DNA of 64,000 bases from an uncultured Acidobacteriota bacterium (GCA_963741955.1 CAVUKB010000001.1:160001-224000), one strand, 5' to 3'; shown: positions 10,219 to 24,895, counted from the stretch's first letter. The notes: generated from the sequence alone by a model not told the origin. Translations and numbers: made by a program.

Positions 10219-11123
10219 GTCTTTCCGCGTCACCTGGAGCAGCGACGCCGCCCGCTCGCCCCGATGCGGGCTCGCCGCTTCGACTCTCGCTTCCGCACGG
10301 ACGCACTCTCGAGATCGCCAGCTTCCCGGCAGTGATGGGCATCGTCAACGTGACTCCCGACTCGTTCTCCGATGGAGGGGTGAACTTCGACACGGAGCGT
10401 GCGATCGGATCGGCGCTGGCGATGGAGCGCGACGGCGCGGCGATCGTCGACGTCGGTGGAGAGTCGACCCGTCCCGGTGCAGAGCCGATCGGGACCGATG
10501 ACGAGATCGCACGCGTGGTTCCCGTCATCGAGGGTATCCGCCGCCACAGTTCCGTCGTAATCTCCATCGATACCATGAAAGCGGCGGTCGCGGAGGCTGC
10601 GCTCGATGCCGGTGCGGATCTGGTGAATGACGTCACCGCACTCCGATTCGATCCGGCCATGCGGGCTCTGGTCGCGAGGCGCGGAGTGCCGGCCATCCTC
10701 ATGCACATGAGGGGGCAGCCGCGTACGATGCAGCAGGCGATCCATTACGATGATCTCCTCGCCGAGATCTCCGCAGAGCTCGGCGCCTGGCGCCGCGAAG
10801 CAGTGGAGGCCGGGATTCCGGCGGATGCGATCCTGGTCGACCCGGGCATCGGATTCGGTAAGACTTTCGAGCAGAATCTCGAGATTCTCGCGCACGCTGA
10901 TCGGTTCCGCTCGCTCGCTCCCGTCGTGATCGGTGCGTCACGGAAGGGTTTCATCGGTAAACTGACGGGACGGCCGGCCGGAGCGGAGAGGATGGCGGGA
11001 TCGCTTGCCGCAGTGGCAGCGGCGGCTCGGGGTGGTGCAGCGTTCGTGCGGGTTCACGACGTGAGGGAAACAGCCGACTTTCTCGAGGTCTACCGGCGGA
11101 TCGTGGAGAGGCGGGAAGGATGA
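10215..11123 (+). CDS. folP: Dihydropteroate synthase
   Basis: [40 protein letters not shown]. Confidence 0.96.
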   Translation: MSLSASPGAATPPARPDAGSPLRLSLPHGRTLEIASFPAVMGIVNVTPDSFSDGGVNFDTERAIGSALAMERDGAAIVDVGGESTRPGAEPIGTDDEIARVVPVIEGIRRHSSVVISIDTMKAAVAEAALDAGADLVNDVTALRFDPAMRALVARRGVPAILMHMRGQPRTMQQAIHYDDLLAEISAELGAWRREAVEAGIPADAILVDPGIGFGKTFEQNLEILAHADRFRSLAPVVIGASRKGFIGKLTGRPAGAERMAGSLAAVAAAARGGAAFVRVHDVRETADFLEVYRRIVERREG

Positions 11124-11902
11124 CCCTGTTCGACAAATTTCAGGCGCTTCAGTTCACGTGGCGTGACGCGGTCGACGTGATCGTCGTGTCGTTCGTGATC
11201 TACAACGTCCTCGTGCTGATCAAAGGGACGAGAGCGATGCAGATGGCGATCGGCCTGATGATCGTCAGTGCGACGTATTTCGTCGCGCATGCGCTCGATC
11301 TGATCGCGCTCGAGACTCTCTCCCGGGAAGTTCTGTTCTATCTTCCGTTCGCGATCATCGTCCTCTTTCAGCATGAGATCCGCCGGGCCCTCACGACGGT
11401 CGGTCGAAAACCGTGGGTGCGGCTGTTCGGCCATCGCACCGACGTCGAGCTCGAAGACCTGGTGCGCGCGTCGGTCGAGCTGGCCCGCGAGCGGGTCGGA
11501 GCGCTGATCGCCATCGAAGGGAGCGAAAGTCTTCGCACCTTCGCCGAGAGCGGGAAGAAGCTGGACGCGGTGGTCTCGGAGGCGTTGGTCCGCAACATCT
11601 TCACTCCCGGGACTCCGCTCCACGACGGCGCGGTGATCATCAACGGCAATCGCATCGTCGCCGCCGGCGCGTTTCTTCCGCTCAGCTCGAATCCGCAGCT
11701 TCCTCCTTCTCACGGGACGCGGCACCGCGCCGCCCTCGGATTGAGTGAAGAAACGGACGCGCTGGTCATCGTGATCTCCGAGGAAAACGGCACCATCGCC
11801 GTCGCGGTGGAAGGAACGCTGCACGAGAATCTGAGTGCGGTCAGCCTCCGCGGCATTCTCAACGAGCGCTTCCATCCCGAGGGTGAGCAGAATGCGGCTT
11901 GA
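11120..11902 (+). CDS. cdaA: Diadenylate cyclase CdaA
   Basis: Three N-terminal TM segments, LHDGAV, GTRHRAALG, SEE. Confidence 0.94.
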   Translation: MTLFDKFQALQFTWRDAVDVIVVSFVIYNVLVLIKGTRAMQMAIGLMIVSATYFVAHALDLIALETLSREVLFYLPFAIIVLFQHEIRRALTTVGRKPWVRLFGHRTDVELEDLVRASVELARERVGALIAIEGSESLRTFAESGKKLDAVVSEALVRNIFTPGTPLHDGAVIINGNRIVAAGAFLPLSSNPQLPPSHGTRHRAALGLSEETDALVIVISEENGTIAVAVEGTLHENLSAVSLRGILNERFHPEGEQNAA

Positions 11903-12629
11903 TTTTCTCTACCGGAACTTCTGGCTCAAGCTGGTCGCGGTGCTCTTTGCGGCGGTGATCTGGATCGTCGTCTCGGGTGAGCGGAGGGAGCGCGTTCTCG
12001 AGCGCGCATTCGAGGTCCCTCTCGCTCTGGTCGGAGTTCCGCGAGATCTGGTGATCACCAGCCAGCTCCAGGACGCCATCGACGTGCGCCTCCGCGGCCC
12101 GGTCTCGAAGCTCCGCTCGCTCTCCTCGCAGAATCTCGAATCGACGCTCGACATGAGCGAGTTGAAAGCGGGAGAAGCTTCGGTTCCGATCCGTCCGGAT
12201 ACTCTCAACCTGCCGCCCGGCGTGGAAGTGGTCTCCATCGACCCGAGCCACATCAGGATCCGCCTCGAAGCGCGACGGCAGAAGATGGTCCCGATCCGGC
12301 CGTATCTGGTCGGAGCCATTCCGGATGGATTCGAGATCGGCACCATCGACGTGGCCCCGCGGATGGCGCTGATCAGCGGCCCGGGCAGCACCATACGCGA
12401 GACTACCGAAGTGGCGACCGAGAGGCTGATTCTCTCCGGGCGCTCGAATACGTTCTCCGTCCGGGTCGGACTGATCGCCGATTCGCCGCTGGTTCGCGTG
12501 GTCGAGCCGCTGAGCGCTCTGGTGACCATCGAAGTCCGGCAGCAGGCCCTGAATTCTCCTCCGACGGAGCCGCCGGCGACTCCGGAAAAATCGCCGGCCC
12601 GAAAACCGGGAGGGAAACGATCGCAATGA
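11892..12629 (+). CDS. cdaR: CdaR/YbbR-like regulator
   Basis: N-terminal TM (NFWLKLVAVLFAAVIW), YbbR-like repeats, position between cdaA and glmM. Confidence 0.85.
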   Translation: MRLDFLYRNFWLKLVAVLFAAVIWIVVSGERRERVLERAFEVPLALVGVPRDLVITSQLQDAIDVRLRGPVSKLRSLSSQNLESTLDMSELKAGEASVPIRPDTLNLPPGVEVVSIDPSHIRIRLEARRQKMVPIRPYLVGAIPDGFEIGTIDVAPRMALISGPGSTIRETTEVATERLILSGRSNTFSVRVGLIADSPLVRVVEPLSALVTIEVRQQALNSPPTEPPATPEKSPARKPGGKRSQ

Positions 12630-13976
12630 GAAAACTCTTCGGCACGGACGGAATCCGCGGCAAGGCGGGCGAATTTCCGCTCGATCTCCCCACCATGGTC
12701 GCGCTCGGATCCGCGCTCGCGCAGCGGCTCGGCGAGCACGACGACCACGTCCCGATGGTTCTTCTCGGAATGGATACCCGCGAGTCGGGCCCTCGAATCG
12801 CGAATGCCCTGATCTCCGGAATCGAAACCGGAGGAGGGCGAGGCTGCTTCGTCGGAGTGGTTCCGACTCCCGCCGTCGCGTACCTTTGCCGCGCCACGAA
12901 TGCCGATGCAGGAATCTCGATCTCCGCCTCACACAATCCGTTCGAGGACAACGGCGTGAAGATCTTCGGTGGCGACGGAATGAAGCTTTCCGACGCGCTG
13001 GAGCTCGAAGCTCGAGAACGACCTGATGAAACTCCGCGACGACTCCACCGTTCCCGAGGCGGTCGAGAACCCTCCCGAGGAAACGTCGGAGCTGATCGGA
13101 AAATACGAGAAGTTTCTTCTCGAAGGAATCTCGGCGAACGCGCTCGCGGGTCAGAAGGTGGTTCTCGATACCGGGAACGGTGCGGCATACCGAATCGCAC
13201 CGGAAGTCTTCCGCTCCGCAGGCGCCGAGGTCGTGGTCATGAACGACGCGCCGGATGGACGGAACATCAACGAGAACTGCGGCGCGCTCCACCCGGAGTC
13301 GATGGCGGCGCGAGTGGTGGAAGAGCATGCCGACTTCGGTGTCGCCTTCGACGGCGACGCAGATCGCGCGATCTTCGCCGATGATGTCGGCGCGATCCGG
13401 GACGGAGACGAGATCATCTTCCTCTGGGCGAAACGCGAGCTGAACGACGGCTTGCTCTCCGAGAACACCGTGGTCACGACCGTGATGTCGAATCTCGGGT
13501 TCGAGCGGCAACTCGAGCACGAAGGAATCCGCCTGATGCGGGCGCAGGTCGGCGACAAATACGTCCTCGAGACGATGCTCGTCCACGGAGCGGTCCTCGG
13601 CGGAGAACAGTCGGGGCACATCATCGACCTGAACGTCCACACCACAGGAGATGGAATCCACACCGCTCTGGTCATCGGTGAGCTTCTGGCCGCCGAGGGA
13701 CGCCCCTTCTCCGGCCTCGCGACGTTCGAGCCGGTCCCGCAGATCCTCCTGAACGAGCGGGTGCAGTCGAAACCGCCGCTGGAAGAGCTTGCCGGATACA
13801 TGGAAGAGATCGAGCGCGCGCGCGACCAACTCGGCGACCGCGGCCGCATCCTCGTCCGCTACTCCGGGACGGAGAACCTGGTGCGGGTGATGGTGGAAGG
13901 GGACAGCGACGCGGAGATCAAAGCGGTCGCCCGCAAGCTCTGCGACGTTCTCAAGAGGGAGATCGCCGGCAAATAA
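12626..13976 (+). CDS. glmM: Phosphoglucosamine mutase, split by a +1 frameshift at ~13008
   Basis: LFGTDGIRG and SASHNP in frame 1; DGDADR, GGEQSGH and RYSGTE in the next frame. Removing one A from GAGCTCGAAGCTCGAG restores ..ELELENDLMKL.. Confidence 0.92.
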
Positions 13977-14065
13977 ACCTCTGGCCTTCCGGGTAACTCA
14001 TTGGTATATTGCGCCATCCGCTTTTCGGACCCTGCAATAAACCCGGTGGGAGTGAGGTCACTCAG

Positions 14066-15280
14066 ATGGCGGTCGTGAACGGGAAAAAGCCCGGCAGAAC
14101 CGGCAAAAAAGGTAACGCCAGGAACGTGAAACCCGCAAAGAAGTCGTCGGGCGCGCGTCCGGCGTCGAAATCGGCAGCGAAAAAGCCCGCAAAAAAGGCA
14201 ACGAAGCCGAAGAGCGCTGCGAAGTCGCGTAAAGCGCCGGCCGCAGCAAAAGTGAGCCCGAAGTCGACGAAGCGCGCCACCGCAGCCCGGGACGCCAGGA
14301 AGTCCGCGCCCAGATCCGCGAAGAAGTCCGCCCCGAAGAAACCAGCGGTGAAGAAGTCTCCGGCGAAGAAGTCTCCGGCAAAGAAGGTCGCGGGGAAGAA
14401 GGCTGCGGTCAAGAACCGAGCCGCGAAGAAGGCTCCGGTCAAGAAAGCCCCGGCGAAGAAAGCCCCGGCGAAACCGGCGAAGAAGCCCTCCGCGAAGAAA
14501 GCCGCAGATTCGAAGGCAGCCGCGAAGAAAGCGGGCTCCCGCACGACCCCGCGCAAGCCTGAAACGAAGGCGAAGCGGGCCGGCGCGAAGGACGACGGCA
14601 CGAAGAGCGCGCGGCGTTCCGAGCGGAAAGAGCAGAGCAAGTCCGCTCCGGCGTCTGTCGAGCCGTCAGCAGAAGCGACCAGCCCGAAGACACCGAAGAC
14701 GCGGAGCACTCCCGGGGAACCGAAGCGCCCGCGGCGATCCCGCCTCCGCTACGTCGAGTCGGACCAGCCTTCGGCTGCATGGTTTCCGCAGAACGACACG
14801 GGACGGAGATTCGCTTCCTTCATTCCCGCCCCGATGCGACTGGAAGCACCCTCGACCACCGCTGCGCCGCCGGCTTCGGCAGACCGGGAGTTTCTCCCGG
14901 GCGACATCGAGACTCCGACCAAGGCGATCCGGGTGATTCCGATCCGCGTGGAGATCGAGCAGGCGGGCGGACGAACGCAGATCTTTCTCACCCCGGTCGA
15001 GCAGCCGATCCATCAGGGCGAAGGGCTGGAGTGGGACTTCCGCTATTTCGGGGCGGCCGACGTCGTGATCCAGAACATCGTGATCGAGTTCGACAAGCCG
15101 TCGCCATTCACGAAGACGACGTTCGCGTCGCCCAAGCCGGGAGGAGCGAGGCCGCACCGGCAGGTGTCAGGCCCGCTTCGTGCCGAGCTCGCGCCGGGAC
15201 GTCGGGACTACGAGATCCGGGCGTTCGACCTGGTCAGGCGGCAGGTCGCCAGCGCAAAGGGGACGCTCGTCGTCGAGTAG
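14066..15280 (+). CDS. Histone H1-like Lys/Ala/Pro-rich protein with a C-terminal globular domain
   Basis: Many KKAPA/KKSPA pentapeptide repeats over ~200 aa, followed by a beta-rich C-terminal domain. Confidence 0.75.
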   Translation: MAVVNGKKPGRTGKKGNARNVKPAKKSSGARPASKSAAKKPAKKATKPKSAAKSRKAPAAAKVSPKSTKRATAARDARKSAPRSAKKSAPKKPAVKKSPAKKSPAKKVAGKKAAVKNRAAKKAPVKKAPAKKAPAKPAKKPSAKKAADSKAAAKKAGSRTTPRKPETKAKRAGAKDDGTKSARRSERKEQSKSAPASVEPSAEATSPKTPKTRSTPGEPKRPRRSRLRYVESDQPSAAWFPQNDTGRRFASFIPAPMRLEAPSTTAAPPASADREFLPGDIETPTKAIRVIPIRVEIEQAGGRTQIFLTPVEQPIHQGEGLEWDFRYFGAADVVIQNIVIEFDKPSPFTKTTFASPKPGGARPHRQVSGPLRAELAPGRRDYEIRAFDLVRRQVASAKGTLVVE

Positions 15281-15307
15281 ATCGCGAGGTGGATCCGTTG
15301 TTTTGAT

Positions 15308-17344
15308 TGTGGGGGTGCAGATCCTCCGATCTGCGGCGGGAATCGCGTTCGAGCGCAATGAGACGACGCCGTTGGCAGCGGCGCAGCCGCTCTCCTGACA
15401 ATCGCGATTCACACCGACGCTCCGCGCAGAGCCGGATTCTCCGTCTTCCCCGGCTTCGATACGATTCTCGCGGCGGATCAGAGGATCCGCGCCCCCTCGG
15501 GAGTGATGCGCTTTGTGGGGTGCAGATCCTCCGATCTGCGGCGGGAATCGTGTTCGAGCGCAATGAGACGACGCCGTTGGCAGCGGCGCAGCCGCTCTCG
15601 GGACAATCGCGATTCACACCGACGCTCCGCGCAGAGCCGGACTCTCCGTCTTCCCCGGCTTCGACACGATTCTCGCGGCGGATCAGAGGATCCGCACCCC
15701 TCGGGAGTGATGCGCTTTGTGGGGGTGCAGATCCTCCGATCTGCGGCGGGAATCGCGTTCGAGCGCAATGGGACGACGCCGTTGGCAGCGGCGCAGCCGC
15801 TCTCCTGACAATCGCGATTCACACTGACGCTCCGCGCAGAGCCGGACTCTCCGTCTTCGTCGGCTTCGATACGATTCTCGCGGCGGATCAGAGGATCCGC
15901 ACCCCTCCGGAGTGATGCGCTTTGTGGGGGTGCAGATCCTCCGATCTGCGGCGGGAATCGCGTTCGAGCGCAATGGGACGGCGGCGTCGGCCGAGGCGCA
16001 GCCGCTTTCGTGACAATCGCGATTCACACCGACGCTCCGCGCAGAGCCGGACTCTCCGTCTTCCCCGGCTTCGATACGATTCTCGCGGCGGATCAGAGGA
16101 TCCGCACCCCTCGGGAGTGATGCGCTTTGTGGGGGTGCAGATCCTCCGATCTGCGGCGGGAATCGCGTTCGAGCGCAATGAGACGACGCCGTTGGCAGCG
16201 GCGCAGCCGCTCTCCTGACAATCGCGATTCACACCGACGCTCTGCGCAGAGCCGGATTCTCCGTCTTCGTCGGCTTCGACACGATGATCACGGCGGATCA
16301 GAGGATCCGCGCCCCTCGGGAGTGAACCGGATTGTGGGGTGCAGATCCTCCGATCTGCGGCGGGAATCGCGTTCGAGCGCAATGAGACGACGCCGTCGGC
16401 CGAGGCGAAGCCGCTTTCGGGACAATCGCGATTCACACTGACGCTCCGCGCAGAGCCGGATTCTCCGTCTTCCCCGGCTTCGACACGATGATCAAGGCGG
16501 ATCAGAGGATCCGCGCCCCCTCGGGAGCGAACCGCTTTGTGGGGTGCAGATCCTCCGATCTGCGGCGGAAATCGCGTTCGAGCGCAATGAGACGACGCCG
16601 TTGGCAGCGGCGCAGCCGCTCTCCTGACAATCGCGATTCACACTGACGCTCTGCGCAGAGCCGGATTCTCCGTCTTCCCCGGCTTCGGTACGATTCTCAC
16701 GGCGGATCAGAGGATCCGCACCCCTCGGGAGTGATGCGCTTTGTGGGGGTGCAGATCCTCCGATCTGCGGCGGGAATCGTGTTCGAGCGCAATGAGACGA
16801 CGCCGTTGGCAGCGGCGCAGCCGCTCTCCTGACAATCGCGATTCACACTGACGCTCCGCGCAGAGCCGGATTCTCCGTCTTCCCCGGCTTCGACACGATG
16901 ATCACGGCGGATCAGAGGATCCGCGCCCCCTCGGGAGCGAACCGCTTTGTGGGGTGCAGATCCTCCGATCTGCGGCGGGAATCGCGTTCGAGCGCAATGG
17001 GACCGCGGCGTCGGCCGAGGCGAAGCCGCTTTCGGGACAATCGCGATTCACACCGACGCTCCGCGCAGAGCCGGACTCTCCGTCTTCGTCGGCTTCGACA
17101 CGATGATCAAGGCGGATCAGAGGATCCGCGCCCCCTCGGGAGTGATGCGCTTTGTGGGGGTGCAGATCCTCCGATCTGCGGCGGAAATCGCGTTCGAGCG
17201 CAATGAGACGACGCCGTTGGCAGAGGCGCAGCCGCTCTCCTGACAATCGCGATTCACACCGACGCTCCGCGCAGAGCCGGACTCTCCGTCTTCGTCGGCT
17301 TCGACACGATGATCACGGCGGATCAGAGGATCCGCGCCCCTCGG
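15308..17344. repeat. Tandem array of 10 x ~205-bp REPIN-like units
   Basis: Unit starts at ~15308, 15514, 15718, 15923, 16128, 16333, 16538, 16742, 16948, 17153. Each unit has GTGGGGGT-GCAGATC-CTCC-GATCTGC and an inverted GCGGATC-AGAG-GATCCGC. Lies between convergent genes. Confidence 0.95.
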
Positions 17345-17381
17345 CCCGAGTCCTCGAGGTGCGAATCCCGCCGAGCTCCCC

Positions 17382-20642
<3,261 letters not shown>

Positions 20643-20735
20643 TGGGGCGAGAGGATAATATAAAAGAGTATTCGCGTCTGCGAGATTTCCGAGCGGACGG
20701 AACGGCATTCGCACGGGAAATCATCGGAAAAACGT

Positions 20736-21215
20736 ATGGATCGATTGATCGAGTGGGACCGGATCGAAGTGCGCCTCCGCGGGGAGAAGCTCGCCGCTGC
20801 GGCGGGGGAGATCATCCGGGGAAAGCGGATACCGATCCGGCAGCTGACTCTGCAGTTTCTCGCAGGAGAGCTGAAAATCGAAGGAACCGCGCAGAAAGGG
20901 ATTCCGATCCCGTTCCGCCTCTCCATCCGGAGGATCGAAGCGCTGGATGGAACGTTGCGAGTGCCTCTCGAATCGATGTCCGCGTTCGGATTCCTCCCGG
21001 TCCCGAAATTGCTGCTTCAGATCGTCGACGCCGCCGGTCTGATGAAGGGCGGCATCTCCATCGATCCTCGGGAGAGTACGATCGTCATCCGTCTTGCCGA
21101 GATCGTTCCCGGATTCGTGGACGTCGAGATCGAAAAGATCCGTCTGGTGGACGGCGGAGTCGAGGTGAAGCTGGGGCGCGGCGGCGCAGATCTTCCGGAG
21201 GGATTCCATGGCTGA
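20736..21215 (+). CDS. Hypothetical protein
   Basis: Divergent from carB; normal coding composition; overlaps the next gene start. Confidence 0.65.
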   Translation: MDRLIEWDRIEVRLRGEKLAAAAGEIIRGKRIPIRQLTLQFLAGELKIEGTAQKGIPIPFRLSIRRIEALDGTLRVPLESMSAFGFLPVPKLLLQIVDAAGLMKGGISIDPRESTIVIRLAEIVPGFVDVEIEKIRLVDGGVEVKLGRGGADLPEGFHG

Positions 21216-21783
21216 AGACGAGAAGAATGGAGCGGGACCCGTGCCGCCCGGCGAGCCGGAGATCGATCCGTTCGCCACCGAAGAAACGGACGAAGAGATC
21301 GACCAGGAGATCGAGCGTGAGGCGGAGGCGTTCGTTCCCCTTCCGCAGGAGCACGCCGCGCGCGTCTACGACCGCATCCGGCGTTCGATCGTCCGCTATC
21401 TCGAAAAGCGCGGGAAGAAGGCGGGGAAAGCGGGAGAGTTTCTCCTCCTCGCACCGGACGTCTTCGTTCTCCTCTGGCGCCTCACACGGGACCGCCGCGT
21501 GAGCGCGAAGAACAAGGTCCTCCTCGGGACGGCGATCGCGTACTACGTCTCGCCGTTCGACATCATCCCCGAAGCGATCGTCGGCCCGATTGGCTACATC
21601 GACGATCTGCTGGTCGGCGTCTACGTGTTGAACCGGATCCTCGCGGACACGGACGAAGAAGTGGTGCGCCAGCATTGGAGCGGGCGAGGGGATCTGCTGG
21701 AGATGATCCGCAGCGTTCTCGGCTCCGCCGACGAGCTGGTTCCGAGCGGCGTGGTGAAGGCGATCCGCAAGATCGTGAAGTGA
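21208..21783 (+). CDS. YkvA/DUF1232 family protein
   Basis: AIAYYVSPFDIIPE..GPIGYIDD motif. Confidence 0.88.
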   Translation: MAEDEKNGAGPVPPGEPEIDPFATEETDEEIDQEIEREAEAFVPLPQEHAARVYDRIRRSIVRYLEKRGKKAGKAGEFLLLAPDVFVLLWRLTRDRRVSAKNKVLLGTAIAYYVSPFDIIPEAIVGPIGYIDDLLVGVYVLNRILADTDEEVVRQHWSGRGDLLEMIRSVLGSADELVPSGVVKAIRKIVK

Positions 21784-21789
21784 GACTTC

Positions 21790-22928
21790 TCGGGAGCGAA
21801 CCGGATTGTGGGGGTGCAGATCCTCCGATCTGCGGCGGAAATCGTGTTCGAGCGCAATGGGACGGCGGCGTCGGCCGAGGCGAAGCCGCTTTCGTGACAA
21901 CCGCGATTCACACCGACGCTCCGCGCAGAGCCGGACTCTCCGTCTTCGTCGGCTTCGACACGATGATCACGGCGGATCAGAGGATCCGCGCCCCCTCGGG
22001 AGTGATGCGCTTTGTGGGGTGCAGATCCTCCGATCTGCGGCGGGAATCGCGTTCGAGCGCAATGAGACGGCGGCGTCGGCCGAGGCGAAGCCGCTTTCGG
22101 GACAATCGCGATTCACACCGACGCTCCGCGCAGAGCCGGACTCTCCGTCTTCGTCGGCTTCGACACGATGATCACGGCGGATCAGAGGATCCGCGCCCCT
22201 CGGGAGCGAACCGGATTGTGGGGGTGCAGATCCTCCGATCTGCGGCGGGAATCGCGTTCGAGCGCAATGGGACCGCGGCGTCGGCCGAGGCGAAGCCGCT
22301 TTCGTGACAACCGCGATTCACACCGACGCTCCGCGCAGAGCCGGACTCTCCGTCTTCGTCGGCTTCGACACGATGATCACGGCGGATCAGAGGATCCGCG
22401 CCCCCTCGGGAGCGAAGCGGATTGTGGGGTGCAGATCCTCCGATCTGCGGCGGAAATCGCGTTCGAGCGCAATGGGACCGCGGCGTCGGCCGAGGCGAAG
22501 CCGCTTTCGGGACAATCGCGATTCACACTGACGCTCCGCGCAGAGCCGGATTCTCCGTCTTCGTCGGCTTCGACACGATGATCACGGCGGATCAGAGGAT
22601 CCGCGCCCCCTCGGGAGCGAACCGCTTTGTGGGGTGCAGATCCTCCGATCTGCGGCGAGAATCGCGTTCGAGCGCAATGAGACGACGCCGTCGGCCGAGG
22701 CGCAGCCGCTCTCCTGACAATCGCGATTCACACCGACGCTCCGCGCAGAGCCGGACTCTCCGTCTTCGCCGGCTTCGACACGATGATCACGGCGGATCAG
22801 AGGATCCGCGCCCCCTCGGGAGCGAAGCGGATTGTGGGGTGCAGATCCTCCGATCTGCGGCGGAAATCGTGTTCGAGCGCAATGGGACGACGGCGTCGGC
22901 CGAGGCGAAGCCGCTTTCGTGACAACCG
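21790..22928. repeat. Tandem array of ~5.5 copies of the same ~205-bp unit as 15308-17344
   Basis: Unit starts at ~21807, 22013, 22217, 22423, 22628, 22833 (last partial); between convergent genes. Confidence 0.95.
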
Positions 22929-22946
22929 GCGCCCGCGCGCTGCCCT

Positions 22947-23345
22947 TCACCCCGCCACGAGCGGCGCGAGCTTGCGGAACGTCACGCTCGAGTCGGTGCT
23001 GATGCTGGTCCATTCGTCGGGATCGAGGATCGGGTGATCGTCCACCGCGATGACCAGGAGTCTTTCCCGGAACGCGTCGAGCGCGAATCGCACCTGAGCC
23101 GCCGCGTCGATCTCGCGGGAATCGTGCATTCGGAACGAGTCACCACTCTCGGTGGCCGTCGCCGGCTGAACGAGTCCCTTGAAGATTCCGGAGCAGTTGC
23201 GGTTGTACTCCTCGACCTCCTGCGCGATCCGATGTTCGATCAGATCCGCCGCGGTGACGCGGTCGCTGATCAGCCGGAGCTTCGTCCGCTCCACTCGATG
23301 ACCGCTCTGCGTCTCGTCCCAGACGGAGACGGTGACGGCGCCCAT
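22947..23345 (-). CDS. Conserved hypothetical protein, possibly ubiquitin-like (C-terminus PLVAG)
   Basis: GAGGAGG RBS; RIAQEVEEYN..GLVQP..VTFRKLAPLVAG resembles a family I recall ending in PLVGG. Confidence 0.65.
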   Translation of the reverse strand: MGAVTVSVWDETQSGHRVERTKLRLISDRVTAADLIEHRIAQEVEEYNRNCSGIFKGLVQPATATESGDSFRMHDSREIDAAAQVRFALDAFRERLLVIAVDDHPILDPDEWTSISTDSSVTFRKLAPLVAG

Positions 23346-23539
23346 GGAATCCCTCCTCGATCGGCGATTGAATGTCCCGTGAATAATCCGCGTCAATCAT
23401 GTCACAGATGCGGCCTTCCCGGTCAGGGGGCCACAGCCGGAGCGGACCGCCTCGTCGTCACCACAGTATGACGATGCTCTTGTCTTTTCGTCGTTCCGGC
23501 CACAGAGTGAACGCACACAGATCAAAAGGAGGGCTCACG

Positions 23540-24895
23540 ATGCGAGGCACGTCGCGCATTCATACCCTGGTCGCTCTGGTGGTGTTCCTGCTGACTCCGG
23601 TCGTTCTTCTCGCCGGCACCGCTCCCGGCGACGCTAGCGGTACGGTGGTGGTGAACGGCAAGAGCATCTCGATGAAGTTCGCGTGCGGGAAACGCACGGT
23701 CGAGGACGGCGAGAAGACCACGTCGATCATCCTCACCGATCGTCCTGCGTCGCGTGCGCTCCTCGGCGACTCCAACCGCTTCTACCGCGCGGTGAAAGAG
23801 GGAAAGCTCCAGGCGATGGTCATCGACCTCGCCGCGGACGGCACCGTGAAGCAGGTGAGTCTCTACTCGAAACTGTTCCAGAACGATTCGATGCCGGTCG
23901 GAGCGTCACGGACGTCGTATCAGCCGTCGACGGTCTCCCCCGGGCTGATCACGGCGAAGGCGAGATCGACCGAGGAGCAGACCTTCTTCGACGACACTGC
24001 GACGTTCGACGTCGTCTTCTCCGCCCCCATCGGTGACGGGAAATTTGCCGACAGCCCCTCTGCGGTGGCACAGCTCGCCGCGAGCGCGCCGAAGATCGGA
24101 GAGGGCGGAGCGGCCGGAACGCTCACGTTCGACGGGAAGGTGGCGAAGCTCGGCTACGCCCTCGCGACCACCCAGCCGGATCCGTTCGACAAGAGCAAAA
24201 AGGACGTGGTGGTGTATCTGACCGATCGTCCGATGGAGAAGGAAGCGGTTCTCAGCTTCCGCAAGATGGCCAATGCGATCGAGAGCGGCCTGCAGGGGAT
24301 GGTGGTCACCATCGACGAGAGCGAGACGCCGACCCATCTCGAGCTCCTCCGCAGCCCCTCGATCCAGGTCAGCGGATCGGGGATCTTCAGCTTCGATCCG
24401 CTGCAGTTCGACGCGAGACAGGTCGAGGGACGCTTCTACACCACCGGGACGGAAGAGTTCATGGACCACAAGTACGCGTACGACGTCACGTTCCGGGTCC
24501 CGGTGCAGACGGTCGTCGACCCTCAGAAACCGGAGGTCGACGCGTCGAGCGGCAAGAAGCTTCCGTCCGGAGGCGGCGAACCGGGAAAGGCTTACCTCGC
24601 GCTCGACAAAGCGATCCGCGGCGGCGATCTCAAAGGAGTTCTGAAACTCGCCGCAAAAGGAGTCGATTCGCCGCTCAATGCCTCGCCGGAAGAGCAGAAG
24701 CAGATGATGGAAATGCTGAAGATGATCCATCCGACGAACGTGAAGATCGTGGATGGATTTTCCGACGGCACACACGCGACGCTGCACGTGGTCGGCGACG
24801 ACCCGATGGAAGAGGGAAAGAAGGCGAAGGGAACCATCCATCTCGTCCTCGAGGACGGCGGGTGGAAGATCGCCGGCCAGGAGTGGAGCAACTGA
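23540..24895 (+). CDS. Secreted hypothetical protein with two internal repeat domains
   Basis: AGGAGG RBS and signal peptide; duplicated G.ASGT..(I/Y)LTDRP domains; C-terminal LVLEDGGWKI motif. Confidence 0.75.
   Translation: MRGTSRIHTLVALVVFLLTPVVLLAGTAPGDASGTVVVNGKSISMKFACGKRTVEDGEKTTSIILTDRPASRALLGDSNRFYRAVKEGKLQAMVIDLAADGTVKQVSLYSKLFQNDSMPVGASRTSYQPSTVSPGLITAKARSTEEQTFFDDTATFDVVFSAPIGDGKFADSPSAVAQLAASAPKIGEGGAAGTLTFDGKVAKLGYALATTQPDPFDKSKKDVVVYLTDRPMEKEAVLSFRKMANAIESGLQGMVVTIDESETPTHLELLRSPSIQVSGSGIFSFDPLQFDARQVEGRFYTTGTEEFMDHKYAYDVTFRVPVQTVVDPQKPEVDASSGKKLPSGGGEPGKAYLALDKAIRGGDLKGVLKLAAKGVDSPLNASPEEQKQMMEMLKMIHPTNVKIVDGFSDGTHATLHVVGDDPMEEGKKAKGTIHLVLEDGGWKIAGQEWSN

Noticed and set aside
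8719-13829. Long antisense ORFs (e.g. 8719-10233, 11859-13829; likewise 54598-56049, 62561-63910)
   Set aside because: Shadow ORFs opposite well-supported genes, expected at high GC.
15308-17344. CRISPR array
   Set aside because: Whole 205-bp units repeat with no unique spacers, and there are no cas genes in the window. The same applies to 7499-8743 and 21790-22928.
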